Source: a virus
Length of the DNA stretch: 42,837 nucleotides
Virus record (IMG/VR): IMGVR_UViG_3300045988_062157
Coordinates: 1 to 42,837 of that record
Reading direction: 5' to 3' (one strand)
In this document: one piece after another, positions 15,459 through 25,901 of the stretch
How positions within the stretch are numbered: the first letter of the stretch is position 1
Layout: the number at the start of each line of letters is the position of its first letter
The notes under the pieces: generated by a model
What the model was told of the DNA's origin: nothing
Seen by the model: only the letters and a program-made list of their open reading frames with translations
The model's database searches: none
Translations under genes and position numbers: made by a program

Positions 15459-16876
15459 CGATCATTGAAAAACTGAAAGAGCTCGGCTATAACACAATCG
15501 CCCCCGAGTTTTACGGTAAGGTTGCGGAGTGGCGCAGCTGGTATGTGGGTGATGTGAAGTCATTCCACCATTACAAGGTGCGGAACTGCGGCAGAACCGT
15601 GCATTGCAAGCGATATACGCTCGGTATGGCGAAGAAGTTAGCCGAGGACTGGGCGAACCTGCTCATGAACGAAAAGGTAAATATCACCTTGGAGGGCGAG
15701 AAAGAACAGGAGTTCGTCGACCGCATCTTTGAAGAGAACAACTTCGAGGTAAAGGCGAACGAGATGCAGGAAATGAAGTCTGCACTGGGTACGGTCGCAT
15801 ACATTCCGCGTGTTGTCGGTGCAGTGTCGGACGGCGGACAGCCTATTGTGGGCGCAGCAAACGGCATTCAGATTGATTATGTGACTGTAGAGCACATTTT
15901 CCCTCTGGCATGGCAGAACGGCGTTATCATGGAATGCGCGTTCGACAGCAGAACCACCGTGAAAGGCGAGGATTACTGCTATCTGCAAATCCACAAGCGA
16001 AATGAAAACGGCTTTTACGACATCGAAAACCGCATTTTCAAAATCACAAATGAAAGTTTGTCCGAAGAAAGCCTTGCAAGCGTGCCGGGGTTTGAAAAAA
16101 TTCCACCCGTTGTGCATACCGGTTCGAACAAGCGGCAGTTTGTGATTGATCGTTTGAACATCGCGAACAACTTTGATTATTACATTCCGCTCGGCATTCC
16201 GGTCTATGCAAACGCGATTGACGTTCTGAAAGGCGTTGATATCGCATACGACAGCTATGTAAACGAGTTTCTGCTCGGCAAAAAGCGCATTATGGTCAAG
16301 CCTGCTGCAACGCAGTATCTTGACGGTGAGCCGGTGTTTGACCCGGACGAGCTCGCATATTATGTGCTGCCGGAGGATACGCAGGACGGCAATGTAATTG
16401 AGCCTATCGACATGTCGCTGCGAACCAGTGAGCATAACCGGGGCATTCAAGATCAGCTGAACCTACTGTCAACCAAGACAGGTTTCGGCGAGAGCTATTA
16501 TCACTTCGACGGCGCAAGCGTTGCAACCGCCACGCAGGTAATCAGCGAAAACAGCACCATGTTCCGCACGATCAAGAAGCATGAAATCATCCTTGAGCAG
16601 GCACTTGTGGAGCTGTGTCGCATTATTCTGCGGCTCGGAAATGACGCGATGAACGCCGGGCTGAACGAGGATGTGGAAATCAGCATTGACTTTGATGACA
16701 GCATCATCGAGGATAAGGGCACGGACTTCACGCGAGACATGCAACTGCTTAACGCAGGCATAATGAACGACTGGGAATTCCGCGCTAAGTGGCTCAATGA
16801 AGATGATGAGACGGCGAAGAAAATGCTGCCTAAAGCGCAGGATATGACAGACGAGGGGGAAGATGAGATTGAATGA
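15455..16876 (+). CDS. portal protein (SPP1 gp6-like)
   Basis: 473 aa, acidic C-terminus, located between terL and the head-morphogenesis gene. Confidence 0.85.
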   Translation: MTIIEKLKELGYNTIAPEFYGKVAEWRSWYVGDVKSFHHYKVRNCGRTVHCKRYTLGMAKKLAEDWANLLMNEKVNITLEGEKEQEFVDRIFEENNFEVKANEMQEMKSALGTVAYIPRVVGAVSDGGQPIVGAANGIQIDYVTVEHIFPLAWQNGVIMECAFDSRTTVKGEDYCYLQIHKRNENGFYDIENRIFKITNESLSEESLASVPGFEKIPPVVHTGSNKRQFVIDRLNIANNFDYYIPLGIPVYANAIDVLKGVDIAYDSYVNEFLLGKKRIMVKPAATQYLDGEPVFDPDELAYYVLPEDTQDGNVIEPIDMSLRTSEHNRGIQDQLNLLSTKTGFGESYYHFDGASVATATQVISENSTMFRTIKKHEIILEQALVELCRIILRLGNDAMNAGLNEDVEISIDFDDSIIEDKGTDFTRDMQLLNAGIMNDWEFRAKWLNEDDETAKKMLPKAQDMTDEGEDEIE

Positions 16877-18042
16877 AGTATCCAATCACACCGGAATACC
16901 TCGACGCAGCGCCCGAACCGATTGCGATTGCAATGCGAGAGCTCGAAAAGGACATCTTGCGCGAGATATGTTCACGCTTTAAGCTGACCGGCGAACTGAA
17001 CGAGGTTGCCATGAACGATATCCGCGCGCTGCGTGCGCAAGGCCTCGACATGGAGACCATCGAGAAAATGATAGCGAAGCACAGCAAGGAAACACTGCCT
17101 CAGGTGCAGGAAGCACTTGACCGTGTTGTTGAATACAACCAGAAGTATTACAACGAGCTTGCAAGCAAGGCGAGCATTGCTGAACCGCTTTTCTGGGTGA
17201 CGGCTGCGGATATTGCGCAGATACAGTCACAGACGCTTGACGGATACCGCAACATTACACGCTCTCTCGGTTTTGCACTGCAAACAAACGGAAAGGTTAC
17301 ATTTCAGCCGATTGCAAAGGCGTATCAAACCGCCCTTGACAAAGCAGAAGTGAAAATGCAGTCCGGCGCGTTTACGTTGCAGCAGTCACTTGAGGATGCA
17401 GTTAGAGAGCTTGCAGACAGCGGCATATACACGATTGACTATGCGACAGGGCATAGGGACCGTGCAGACGTTGCAGCGCGCAGAGCTATTTTCACGGGGC
17501 TAAATCAGCTCACCTCGAAATACACGGAAACAGCTACGGAAACACTGGAAACTGACCTGTACGAAATCACCGCCCATCGCGGCGCGCGTGATAAAGGCGC
17601 AGGATGGAAGAACCACAAGGCATGGCAAGGCAAGGTTTACAGCACGAAAGACGGCAGCAAATACCCGAATATTTACAAGGTTTGTGGATTGGGTGCTGTT
17701 GACGGTCTGGAGGGCGCTAACTGTAGGCATCATCGGCATGCGTTTTTAGAGGGCGTTTCTGAGCGCGTCTACACAGACGACGAGCTTGCGAACATCGACC
17801 CGCCGCCTGTGGAGTTCGAGGGGCGCACGTACAGCGCCTATGAAGCAACGCAAATGCAGCGCAAGATAGAACGCACAGTGCGCAAACTGGAGCGCCGCAG
17901 AGCCGCGTACAACGCCGCAGGAATGACGGGCAAGGAAGAGCAAACAGGCATCCGCATTCGCCGATTGAAGAAAGAATATCGCGAATTCAGCCGGGCGGCG
18001 AGCCTGCCGACGCAGACCAACCGCATGAAAGTAATTGAATAA
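16873..18042 (+). CDS. minor capsid/head morphogenesis protein (SPP1 gp7 / Mu F-like)
   Basis: ITAHRGARDKGAGWKNHKAWQGKVYS...GLEGANCRHHRHAF motif region typical of this family. Confidence 0.75.
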   Translation: MKYPITPEYLDAAPEPIAIAMRELEKDILREICSRFKLTGELNEVAMNDIRALRAQGLDMETIEKMIAKHSKETLPQVQEALDRVVEYNQKYYNELASKASIAEPLFWVTAADIAQIQSQTLDGYRNITRSLGFALQTNGKVTFQPIAKAYQTALDKAEVKMQSGAFTLQQSLEDAVRELADSGIYTIDYATGHRDRADVAARRAIFTGLNQLTSKYTETATETLETDLYEITAHRGARDKGAGWKNHKAWQGKVYSTKDGSKYPNIYKVCGLGAVDGLEGANCRHHRHAFLEGVSERVYTDDELANIDPPPVEFEGRTYSAYEATQMQRKIERTVRKLERRRAAYNAAGMTGKEEQTGIRIRRLKKEYREFSRAASLPTQTNRMKVIE

Positions 18043-18113
18043 TTGGCATCGTGGAAACACGGTGCTTTTTTATTGCCAAATTGTCCGACAGGACGTTAAA
18101 CAAGGAGACCACA

Positions 18114-18626
18114 ATGGAAAACAACGCTACCAACACCAACGCGCCGGGCGCGGAAAACAACACTGCTGCACAGCAGGAAAAGACGTTTACGCAGGCAGAT
18201 GTAGACAAGATGATCCAGTCTCGCCTTGACCGTGAACGGAAGAAGATGCCCAGCGAGGAAGAGCTGACCGCATTCCGCACGTGGAAAGACAGCCAGCAGA
18301 CCGAGCAGGACAGAATGAACAACATCACCAAGGAGCGCGACGCCGCAGTAAGCAACCTTTCGACGGCGAACGCGAAGATCGAACAGCTTGAGCATGAAAA
18401 ATACGTTTCGTCCAAGGGTTTTACCGGTGACGAAGCGGAGTTTATCGCGTTCAAGGCCGCGAAGATGGTAGATGACAAGACCACCTTTGAACAGGCTGTG
18501 GATGCAATCGCGCAGGAACGTCGGCCGCGAACCTCGTTTGATTGGACTGCGCCTGTTGGCGATGGCAACCAGAAAAACGCCCCCAATGCAGCGATGAACG
18601 CGCTTATTCGTGGGGCAATCAAGTAA
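18114..18626 (+). CDS. scaffolding protein
   Basis: ATG 18114 after GGAGA. Coiled-coil, charged, 170 aa, directly upstream of the major capsid gene. Confidence 0.6.
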   Translation: MENNATNTNAPGAENNTAAQQEKTFTQADVDKMIQSRLDRERKKMPSEEELTAFRTWKDSQQTEQDRMNNITKERDAAVSNLSTANAKIEQLEHEKYVSSKGFTGDEAEFIAFKAAKMVDDKTTFEQAVDAIAQERRPRTSFDWTAPVGDGNQKNAPNAAMNALIRGAIK

Positions 18627-18644
18627 GAAAAGGAGCTTTCAACA

Positions 18645-19877
18645 ATGGCAAATAATGTAATTGACCGCAATTCCCTTTCCGGCCTCATCCCGGAGCCGGT
18701 AACTCGTGAAATCCTTCAGGGCGCTGTTGCAGAGTCGGCAGTGCTGCGTATGGCTCGCCGCCTGCCGAACATGACCAGCAAGACCCAGACCATGAACGTT
18801 CTGGATATGCTGCCGACCGCTTACTGGGTAAACGGCGAGGTTTCCGGCACTGGCGCGGCTGACTCCGCAGCGTACAAGCAGACCACCAAGATGGCATGGG
18901 ACAAGAAGAAGATTTACGCCGAGGAAATCGCGGTAATCGTCCCCATCCCGGAGGCAGTTCTGGATGATGCGGATTACGACATCTGGGGTGAAGTTCGTCC
19001 GCGTCTGGTCGAGGCGTTCGGCAAGAAGATTGACGCCGCAATCCTGTTCGGCGCTGACAAGCCGACCACGTGGCGTGATGGCGTTGTCCCGTCTGCGATT
19101 GCAGCAGGCAACGGCGTTCCGACCTCTACCGACACTTTCGGCGACATCATGGGCGAGAACGGCCTGATTGCAAAGGTTGAACTGGACGGCTACAGCCCGA
19201 ACGGCGTTGTATCCGCCGTACAGATGCGCGGCAAACTGCGCGGTCTGGTAGATACCACCGGTCAGCCGATCTTTAAGACTGACATGCAGGGCGCGTCTCG
19301 CTACGCTCTGGACGGCATGGATATGTATTTCCCGAACAACGGCGCGTTTGACCCGACGCTCGCAAAGATGATTGTCGGCGACTGGTCGCAGCTCGTTTAC
19401 GCCATCCGTCAGGACATCACGTTCAAGATCTTCACCGAGGGCGTTATTCAGGATCCGTCTACCAAGGCAATCCAGTACAACCTCATGCAGAACGACATGG
19501 TTGCGCTGCGCGCGGTTATGCGCCTCGGCTGGGAGATCGCAAACCCGGTAACTGCATTTAATGCGGACATGGAAAACCCGTTCCCGTTCTCCGTTTACGG
19601 CAACGGCGGCACTGTTTCCACTGTAAAGGTAACTCCGGCGACTGCAAGCCTTGCAGCGGGCGGTTCCAAGCTGTTTACTGCGGCTGTAACCGGCAACGGC
19701 ATTGTTTCCGACAGCGTATCGTGGAGTGTTTCCGGCGGCGCAAAGGCTAACACCAAGATCACCAAAGACGGCCTGCTGACCGTTGACAAGGCGGAGACTG
19801 CATCGAGCCTCACGGTAACTGCTGAGTCGAAGCAGGACGCAAGCAAGAGCGGCACCGCATCCGTAACCCTTTCGTAA
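18645..19877 (+). CDS. major capsid protein (HK97 fold) with C-terminal Ig-like (Big_2-type) domain
   Basis: Size and position fit. The C-terminal roughly 85 aa, VKVTPATASLAAGGSKLFTAAVTGNG...SWSVSGG...LTVTAESKQD, is Big_2-like. Confidence 0.8.
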   Translation: MANNVIDRNSLSGLIPEPVTREILQGAVAESAVLRMARRLPNMTSKTQTMNVLDMLPTAYWVNGEVSGTGAADSAAYKQTTKMAWDKKKIYAEEIAVIVPIPEAVLDDADYDIWGEVRPRLVEAFGKKIDAAILFGADKPTTWRDGVVPSAIAAGNGVPTSTDTFGDIMGENGLIAKVELDGYSPNGVVSAVQMRGKLRGLVDTTGQPIFKTDMQGASRYALDGMDMYFPNNGAFDPTLAKMIVGDWSQLVYAIRQDITFKIFTEGVIQDPSTKAIQYNLMQNDMVALRAVMRLGWEIANPVTAFNADMENPFPFSVYGNGGTVSTVKVTPATASLAAGGSKLFTAAVTGNGIVSDSVSWSVSGGAKANTKITKDGLLTVDKAETASSLTVTAESKQDASKSGTASVTLS

Positions 19878-19890
19878 GGAGCAAACGCAA

Positions 19891-20277
19891 ATGGTAGATT
19901 ATGCATATTACAAGGATACGTACCTCGGCAACCAGATTGCCGAGGATGAGTTTCCGCGCCTTGAAAGCCGCGCAGTAGCATATCTTACCTATCTTACGCG
20001 CGGAAGAATTGACGATAGCGAGCCTGCAAAGATGGCGTGCTGTGCGGTCGCGGAGCAGTATCAAGTGATTGATACGCTCCAAACTCGCGCGGCATCTGCC
20101 GAGCAGGAGAAACAGAGCGAGAGCGTTGGCTCTTGGTCTGTAAGCTATCGCAGCGGCACGGAGGCAATGCAGGAGGCAAAGGCACAGCTCAAAGCTACTG
20201 CGGAAATGTATCTTGCAAATACCGGAATGCTGTACCGAGGTGGGAGGTGCTGCGGATGCGACTGCCCCACACTGTAA
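19891..20277 (+). CDS. head-tail connector/adaptor protein
   Basis: MVDYAYYKDTYLGN..EDEFPRLESRA pattern and synteny. Confidence 0.5.
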   Translation: MVDYAYYKDTYLGNQIAEDEFPRLESRAVAYLTYLTRGRIDDSEPAKMACCAVAEQYQVIDTLQTRAASAEQEKQSESVGSWSVSYRSGTEAMQEAKAQLKATAEMYLANTGMLYRGGRCCGCDCPTL

Positions 20278-20567
20278 CGTTGTTTCAGCCGTCTGGCCGA
20301 ACTGTTCTGACGGGCGTTTTGCTTGAAAGCACCAGAGGCACGAGCGTAACGAAAACCGCACAGAACAGCGCAGACAGTGTAACGCTGCATATCCCTTTAC
20401 CGTTTACGCAGATCATCAGCCCTGAAAAGGACTATTTTGCGCGCGGCGATGTGCCGGATGCAGGCAGCTACCAGAAATGCCGTGAGAAGTACGAGACATA
20501 CCGCGTTACAAGCGTCTCTCTGTATGATTACGGCGGATTGCAGCATTTGGAGGTGGGCGGCCGATGA
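20256..20567 (+). CDS. head-closure/head-tail joining protein (tentative)
   Basis: GGGAGG precedes the ATG at 20256. Call is by synteny only. Confidence 0.4.
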   Translation: MRLPHTVTLFQPSGRTVLTGVLLESTRGTSVTKTAQNSADSVTLHIPLPFTQIISPEKDYFARGDVPDAGSYQKCREKYETYRVTSVSLYDYGGLQHLEVGGR

Positions 20568-20962
20568 TACGCTACTCTATGAAGCTGCACCTGCCCAACA
20601 ACGTGCTTGATAGGCGCGTGGAAAAGGCGAACACGTGGCTTGTTGAGGAGATCATCAAGGATACCGACCCGTTTGTTCCGGCGCGAACCAAAGTGCTGGC
20701 AATGAACGTGCAGCGGCACGGGCGTACCATCGTGTATGCCTCGCCGTATGCACGTTTTCAGTATTACAGAAAGGTTATGATCGACCCGGCAACAGGAAGC
20801 ACATTTGCGCCTAAGGGCGTGCGCAAGGTGTTGACCGAGCGCGACCTTAAATACAGTAAGGCGGTGCACAGACACGCGCAATCGCACTGGTTTGAGGCAA
20901 GCCGCGCGGTGAACGAGGAACACTGGAGGGAAGGAGTGCGAAAGATACTGAGCGATGGCTGA
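20564..20962 (+). CDS. minor capsid/neck protein
   Basis: Synteny, plus DPFVPARTKVL...YASPYARFQYY pattern reminiscent of Minor_capsid_1-type proteins. Confidence 0.45.
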   Translation: MIRYSMKLHLPNNVLDRRVEKANTWLVEEIIKDTDPFVPARTKVLAMNVQRHGRTIVYASPYARFQYYRKVMIDPATGSTFAPKGVRKVLTERDLKYSKAVHRHAQSHWFEASRAVNEEHWREGVRKILSDG

Positions 20963-21386
20963 AAAGGTAAATGTATTAACGGTGCGTGAGCAGGATACAG
21001 TCTCACGCGCCGTTCTTTTATGGCTGCGAGGGCATGTTCCTGACATCGAGTTTGAATATCTTCCCCCTGAACGCTCTGGAATGATGCTCACATCTGTTTC
21101 AGGCGCTTTCAAAACGGCTCAGTACGTGGATGGAAGTTATTCCGCGCAATACCAATTCGGCATTATGTACCGTGCTCTGCCGACAAGCAGCGGCGAACGT
21201 CTCGATGTGGAAACGCTGCTGAATGAAGTGGGCGCATGGGCAGAAGAACACCCCCCAAAACTGGGGGAGGGCATGACAGTAACGGATGTCGAGCGTATTA
21301 CTCCGGCGGCTCTTGTAGCACGCTATGAAGATTTAACTGAGGATTATCAAATTCTCATGACCATGAAATATGAAGTAGAGGTGTAA
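20955..21386 (+). CDS. tail-completion/neck protein (tentative)
   Basis: Synteny between the neck and tube genes. Confidence 0.4.
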   Translation: MAEKVNVLTVREQDTVSRAVLLWLRGHVPDIEFEYLPPERSGMMLTSVSGAFKTAQYVDGSYSAQYQFGIMYRALPTSSGERLDVETLLNEVGAWAEEHPPKLGEGMTVTDVERITPAALVARYEDLTEDYQILMTMKYEVEV

Positions 21387-21389
21387 CAA

Positions 21390-21914
21390 ATGGCAACTAC
21401 TGAAAAGGTAAAACGTTCCCTTATCGCACACTTCCTGGATACTTCCGACAAGATGGGCGAGTATTCCGGCGCAAAGTGGGCGCGCGTAGGCAAGAACGTA
21501 ACGAGTGCTGCTATTGATTTCGGCGCACAGACCGAGACTGAGCAGGATATTATTTCGTCCTCTGCGACTACGGAGCTGACCGGCTATCAGCCGAATATGT
21601 CCGTATCGCAGCAGTGCACAAAGGGCGACCCGGTATACACGTTCATCACCAAGAAGCGCCGCGCACGCGCAATTCTGGCCGATGCGCACGCATGGATGCT
21701 GAATGTCGACCTGTGGGACGTTACCGGAGATGGCGCTAGCGCAACTTACGTTGCAGAGGTGCAGGAGGTCGCTATTCAACTCGACAGCTACGGCGGCGAT
21801 GGCGACGCAACCCCGACGCAGGAATTCACGATCAACTATGTCGGCGACCCCATCCCCGGTACCGTAAAGATCACCGATGGCGCGCCGGTATTCACTGCTG
21901 ACGTAGCAGTTTAA
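21390..21914 (+). CDS. major tail (tube) protein
   Basis: 174 aa, immediately upstream of the chaperone and tape measure genes. Confidence 0.55.
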   Translation: MATTEKVKRSLIAHFLDTSDKMGEYSGAKWARVGKNVTSAAIDFGAQTETEQDIISSSATTELTGYQPNMSVSQQCTKGDPVYTFITKKRRARAILADAHAWMLNVDLWDVTGDGASATYVAEVQEVAIQLDSYGGDGDATPTQEFTINYVGDPIPGTVKITDGAPVFTADVAV

Positions 21915-21928
21915 GGAGGAAATAAGAA

Positions 21929-22321
21929 ATGGAAAGTATCCGCGTAAACAGTGGCGTTAAGATCATCGAGGTAAACGATGCAGGGGAAACAATTTCGCTT
22001 CCCCTCTCGGACGACAGCTTTATTCAGGGCTTTTTCAAACTGCTGAACGAGCTCAAGGATAAGGCAGATGCCATTTCCGCAAAGGACGACGACGTTATGG
22101 GCGCGATTGACGCCGTTGTTGAATTTGACAAGGAAATTCGCGACAAAACGGACGCGCTCATCGGTGAGAATACCTGCAAGAAGGTTTTCGGCGCGGTGCT
22201 TCCGTCCTCTGACCAGTTCTTAGACTTTTTCTCTCAGCTCGTCCCGATCGTAGACGCGCACGCACAGAAGCGCGTAGCGAACATGAACAAGTACAGTTCG
22301 GAGCGTGTCGGCAGTGTTTAA
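21929..22321 (+). CDS. tail assembly chaperone
   Basis: Acidic 130-aa protein in the canonical position. Confidence 0.45.
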   Translation: MESIRVNSGVKIIEVNDAGETISLPLSDDSFIQGFFKLLNELKDKADAISAKDDDVMGAIDAVVEFDKEIRDKTDALIGENTCKKVFGAVLPSSDQFLDFFSQLVPIVDAHAQKRVANMNKYSSERVGSV

Positions 22322-22856
22322 CATGCTGCTCGACCGCCTGCCGAGCGATTACAAGGGCTATCTCATCCGCACGGATTACCGCATCGGCATTCAGATTTCC
22401 CTTGCGCTCGATGACCCGGAGCTGAACGAGAATGACCGCGTAATGGTGGCACTGTCCCTGCTTTTCGGAGCAGGGATGCCGCCCCTTGACGTGGCTATAG
22501 AAGGCCTACAGTGGTTCATTCAATGCGGTGACGACAAAGAAATCGAACCAGGCGGCAAACGGCTGCTGTGGTTCGACTATGACGCCGCACGGCTGTATGC
22601 GTCGTTCCGGCAAACGTTCGGGATTGAACTGCACAAGATCAATTTGCACTGGTTTGAATTTATGGCGATGATGGAAAGCCTTGACGAGGACTCTGCTATC
22701 TCTCATGCAATCCAGATCAGAGGCACGGACACAAGCAAGATGAAGGGCAAGCAGCGGCAGGACTACGAACGACTCAAACGTAATCTTACGCCCACGCCTG
22801 CACTTTCTGAGGAAGAGAAGGAAGTAGTAGACGCATTCTGGGCGCAGATCAAATAG
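22305..22856 (+). CDS. Gp15-family tail-associated protein
   Basis: LLDRLPSDYKGYLIRTDYRIGIQISLALDD... resembles the bacteriophage Gp15 family. Start is GTG 22305 or ATG 22323. Confidence 0.5.
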   Translation: MSAVFNMLLDRLPSDYKGYLIRTDYRIGIQISLALDDPELNENDRVMVALSLLFGAGMPPLDVAIEGLQWFIQCGDDKEIEPGGKRLLWFDYDAARLYASFRQTFGIELHKINLHWFEFMAMMESLDEDSAISHAIQIRGTDTSKMKGKQRQDYERLKRNLTPTPALSEEEKEVVDAFWAQIK

Positions 22857-22871
22857 AAAGGCGGTGAATAA

Positions 22872-25520
22872 ATGGCGGACGGCTCTATCCGAATTGAAGC
22901 AACAATCAGTGACGAGCAGGCAAAGAAACAGCTTGAACAGATGTCGAAAGACATTGAAAAGCAGTCAGCCGCCATCGACAAGCAGACCGCGAAGGTGAAC
23001 AAGCTCGCCGCGCAGTGGGAAAAGGTCGCCGCTGGCGGTACGAAAGGCTTGAAGATGAAAGCCGACCTTGCCGCTACATCCAAAGAGGCAGAACGGTTAT
23101 CCGGGCGACTTGAGGAAGTCAACGCGGAAATCGTCAAGGCACAGGCTGACTATAATACAAAACTCAAGCAGGCGGCAACGGGCGAAATTCCGCAGGAGGA
23201 ATTCTCGGAGTCGGCGCAAAAACTGAACAACCTTGTAGCTGAGTCCGACAAGCTCGCCGAAGCGCTGCGAAACGCAGACGACAAGGCGGCAATGCTCAAG
23301 CAGCAACTTGCAGAGGCTTCCGAAGCGTCGCGTATGAGCCCCGAAGGGCAGAACATCGCATCCAGTCTCAGCAATGAGCAGGCGAAACTTGAGACCATGC
23401 AGGCAGGGTTTGCGCAGGCCAAAGCTGCAATGGGCGATTTCGCAAATCAGACAACCTCGAAATTTGCGAAGGTTAAGCGCGTGCTTTCTGAACTGGGGAG
23501 CGGCGTTAAAACAACGTTCGGCATGCTCAAAGACTCCATCGGAAACGCCCTCGGCAAGGCTGTAGACAAGCTCAAAGCAAAGTTTTCGAGTTTCGGCAAG
23601 TCCTCGGCGAATTCGATGAAAAAGGCAGGTAACGTCGTTCATTCTTTCGGTACTCGTCTGAAATCCATTGTTGCCGGTGCGCTCTTTTTCAATTTGATTT
23701 CCAAAGCACTGACGGCATTGACAAACCGTCTGGGGAGCGCACTTCTTGCCAACAAGACGTTTGCAAAGTCTTTCGGTCAAGTAAAAAGCAATCTGTTAAC
23801 GGCTTTTCAGCCGATCTACGAGGCGATTTTGCCATGGCTGAACAAACTGATGCAGGCGCTTGCACAGGTAACGGCGCAGATGGCACAGTTTACCGCCTCG
23901 GTGTTCGGAACGACGGCGCAGAAAGCGCAGGACAACGCTAAAGCGCTTGAGGAACAGGTAGACGCAACAAACGACACCACAAAGGCGACAAAGAAAGCTG
24001 AAAAGGCTCTTGCGTCGTTTGATACAGTGCAGAAGCTCACGAACAAGACCGAGGACTCGAACAAGACCGATGACCCGAGCAAGCCGAAGTTTGATACTGA
24101 CTTTTCTGCGGCGGAAAACCAGATGCCGCAGTGGCTCACGGATTTCTGGAAAACGTTTCAGGAGTCGTGGGCGCAGTACGGACAGCAGACCATTGACAGC
24201 GCAAAGAAAGCTCTTTCTGTGCTGAAAGACATGGTTTCCGCTATCGGTCAGTCGTTTATGAACGTCTGGAACAACGGGACGGGCGTTGAAACACTGAACA
24301 ATCTGCAATTCCTGCTGCAAATGATACTCGAGCTGATTGCCTCGATTGCAACCGCGTTTACGAACGCATGGAATACCGGCAACGTAGGAGAGCAAATGCT
24401 GCAAAGCATTATGAACCTCATCAACACCGTTGTTCAAGCTGTTACGGCAATCGGACAGGCTTTTATCGCTGCGTGGAACGACGGCAATGCAGGCGAGCGA
24501 CTGTTAAGCGCGCTGATGCAGATGATTACGGCGGTCGTAAACCTTGTTAACTCCATCGGACAAGCGTTTATCACGGCGTGGACGCAGGGTGGACTGGGAC
24601 AAAGTATCTTTGCGCACATCCTCTCGATCATCACGAACATTATCACCGCGATTAAGTCCATTGCCGAAAACCTGCAATCCGCATGGGAGTACAACGGTAA
24701 CGGCGTCGCGATTTGGACAAGCATCCTTAAAATCATTGACGATGTGCTTGCAGGCATTGACAGAATGTCGCAGGCCACGGCGAACTGGGCAAGCGGACTC
24801 AACTTTGAACCGCTAATGACGGCGTTCCGCAACCTGTGGGCGGCAATTGAACCGCTTGTAGATATTATCATGAACGGCCTGTCGTGGGCGTATGAGAACG
24901 TCCTCCTGCCGCTCGGCAAGTGGACTATCGAAAAGGCTGCCCCGGCGGTGCTCGACCTGCTCACGGCGGCATTGCAGGCCATTGCAAAGGTATGCGAAGC
25001 GCTCGCCCCCGTATTACAGCAGATTTGGGCGGTTGTAAAGCCGATCATCAGCTTTATCGGCTCTGCGGTAATCGGTGCAATCGAGCTCGCAACGCAGGCG
25101 ATTACCGCGCTTGGCGACGCGCTCGCATATGTTATTGGCCTCATTGGAAAGGTCGGCAACGGTATCGGCAGCGGCATTTCCTCGCTTATCGGCGCGTTCT
25201 CTGGAACAAGCACCTTTGCGCTTAACGCCTCTATGCCGACGCTGAACGTTCCGGCACTGGCAAACGGCGCGGTAATCTCGCCGAACAATCAGTTTCTTGC
25301 GCTGCTGGGCGACCAGAAGAGCGGCGTGAACGTCGAAACTCCGTTGTCTACCATGATCGACGCTTTCAATAAAGCTCTGGACGCGCGCGGCGGTACGGGC
25401 AATAACAACGCGCCGATCAATCTGTATATTGACGGTACGAAGTTCGCGCGCATTACCAATGCGTATAACAGCAGCGAAACACGCCGCCGCGGCGTAAACC
25501 TTGTGACAGGTGGTGCATAA
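22872..25520 (+). CDS. tape measure protein
   Basis: 882 aa, N-terminal coiled coil, central repeated hydrophobic AW(N/T)xG segments. Confidence 0.85.
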   Translation: MADGSIRIEATISDEQAKKQLEQMSKDIEKQSAAIDKQTAKVNKLAAQWEKVAAGGTKGLKMKADLAATSKEAERLSGRLEEVNAEIVKAQADYNTKLKQAATGEIPQEEFSESAQKLNNLVAESDKLAEALRNADDKAAMLKQQLAEASEASRMSPEGQNIASSLSNEQAKLETMQAGFAQAKAAMGDFANQTTSKFAKVKRVLSELGSGVKTTFGMLKDSIGNALGKAVDKLKAKFSSFGKSSANSMKKAGNVVHSFGTRLKSIVAGALFFNLISKALTALTNRLGSALLANKTFAKSFGQVKSNLLTAFQPIYEAILPWLNKLMQALAQVTAQMAQFTASVFGTTAQKAQDNAKALEEQVDATNDTTKATKKAEKALASFDTVQKLTNKTEDSNKTDDPSKPKFDTDFSAAENQMPQWLTDFWKTFQESWAQYGQQTIDSAKKALSVLKDMVSAIGQSFMNVWNNGTGVETLNNLQFLLQMILELIASIATAFTNAWNTGNVGEQMLQSIMNLINTVVQAVTAIGQAFIAAWNDGNAGERLLSALMQMITAVVNLVNSIGQAFITAWTQGGLGQSIFAHILSIITNIITAIKSIAENLQSAWEYNGNGVAIWTSILKIIDDVLAGIDRMSQATANWASGLNFEPLMTAFRNLWAAIEPLVDIIMNGLSWAYENVLLPLGKWTIEKAAPAVLDLLTAALQAIAKVCEALAPVLQQIWAVVKPIISFIGSAVIGAIELATQAITALGDALAYVIGLIGKVGNGIGSGISSLIGAFSGTSTFALNASMPTLNVPALANGAVISPNNQFLALLGDQKSGVNVETPLSTMIDAFNKALDARGGTGNNNAPINLYIDGTKFARITNAYNSSETRRRGVNLVTGGA

Positions 25521-25898
25521 ATGTTACTTTCTGTAGACGGAAAAAACTATAACGTTTTTGTCACCGGCTTGAAGCGCAGCTTTCAAGTACTCGATGGCGA
25601 GAACGCGGAACGTGCTTTAAGTGGCCGCATGATACGCGATATTATCGGCACGTTTTATAACTATGAGATGACAATTCGGCCCGTAGTCGGTAAATATTCC
25701 GACTACGACGCGCTGTATGAAGTCCTGAGCGCACCGGAGGACAGCCACAAGGTAGTTTTACCTTACGGGCAGAAAACGCTCACGTTTAACGCCTACGTAA
25801 CCTCTGGACAGGACAATCTTATCGTAAAGACAGACAAAGAGTCGTACTGGAACGGTCTGACCTTCCAGTTTATCGCGATGGCACCGCAGAGGACGTGA
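25521..25898 (+). CDS. small tail protein in the distal-tail-protein position
   Basis: Starts directly after the tape measure stop. Call is by synteny only. Confidence 0.4.
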   Translation: MLLSVDGKNYNVFVTGLKRSFQVLDGENAERALSGRMIRDIIGTFYNYEMTIRPVVGKYSDYDALYEVLSAPEDSHKVVLPYGQKTLTFNAYVTSGQDNLIVKTDKESYWNGLTFQFIAMAPQRT

Positions 25899-25901
25899 CA
25901 C

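Noticed and set aside
21929-22856. Programmed -1 frameshift between the tail chaperone and the downstream ORF (gpG/gpGT type)
   Set aside because: The downstream ORF is in the +1 frame relative to the chaperone, not -1. It has its own plausible start (GTG 22305 or ATG 22323) and looks like an independent Gp15-family protein. I saw no slippery heptamer in the overlap.
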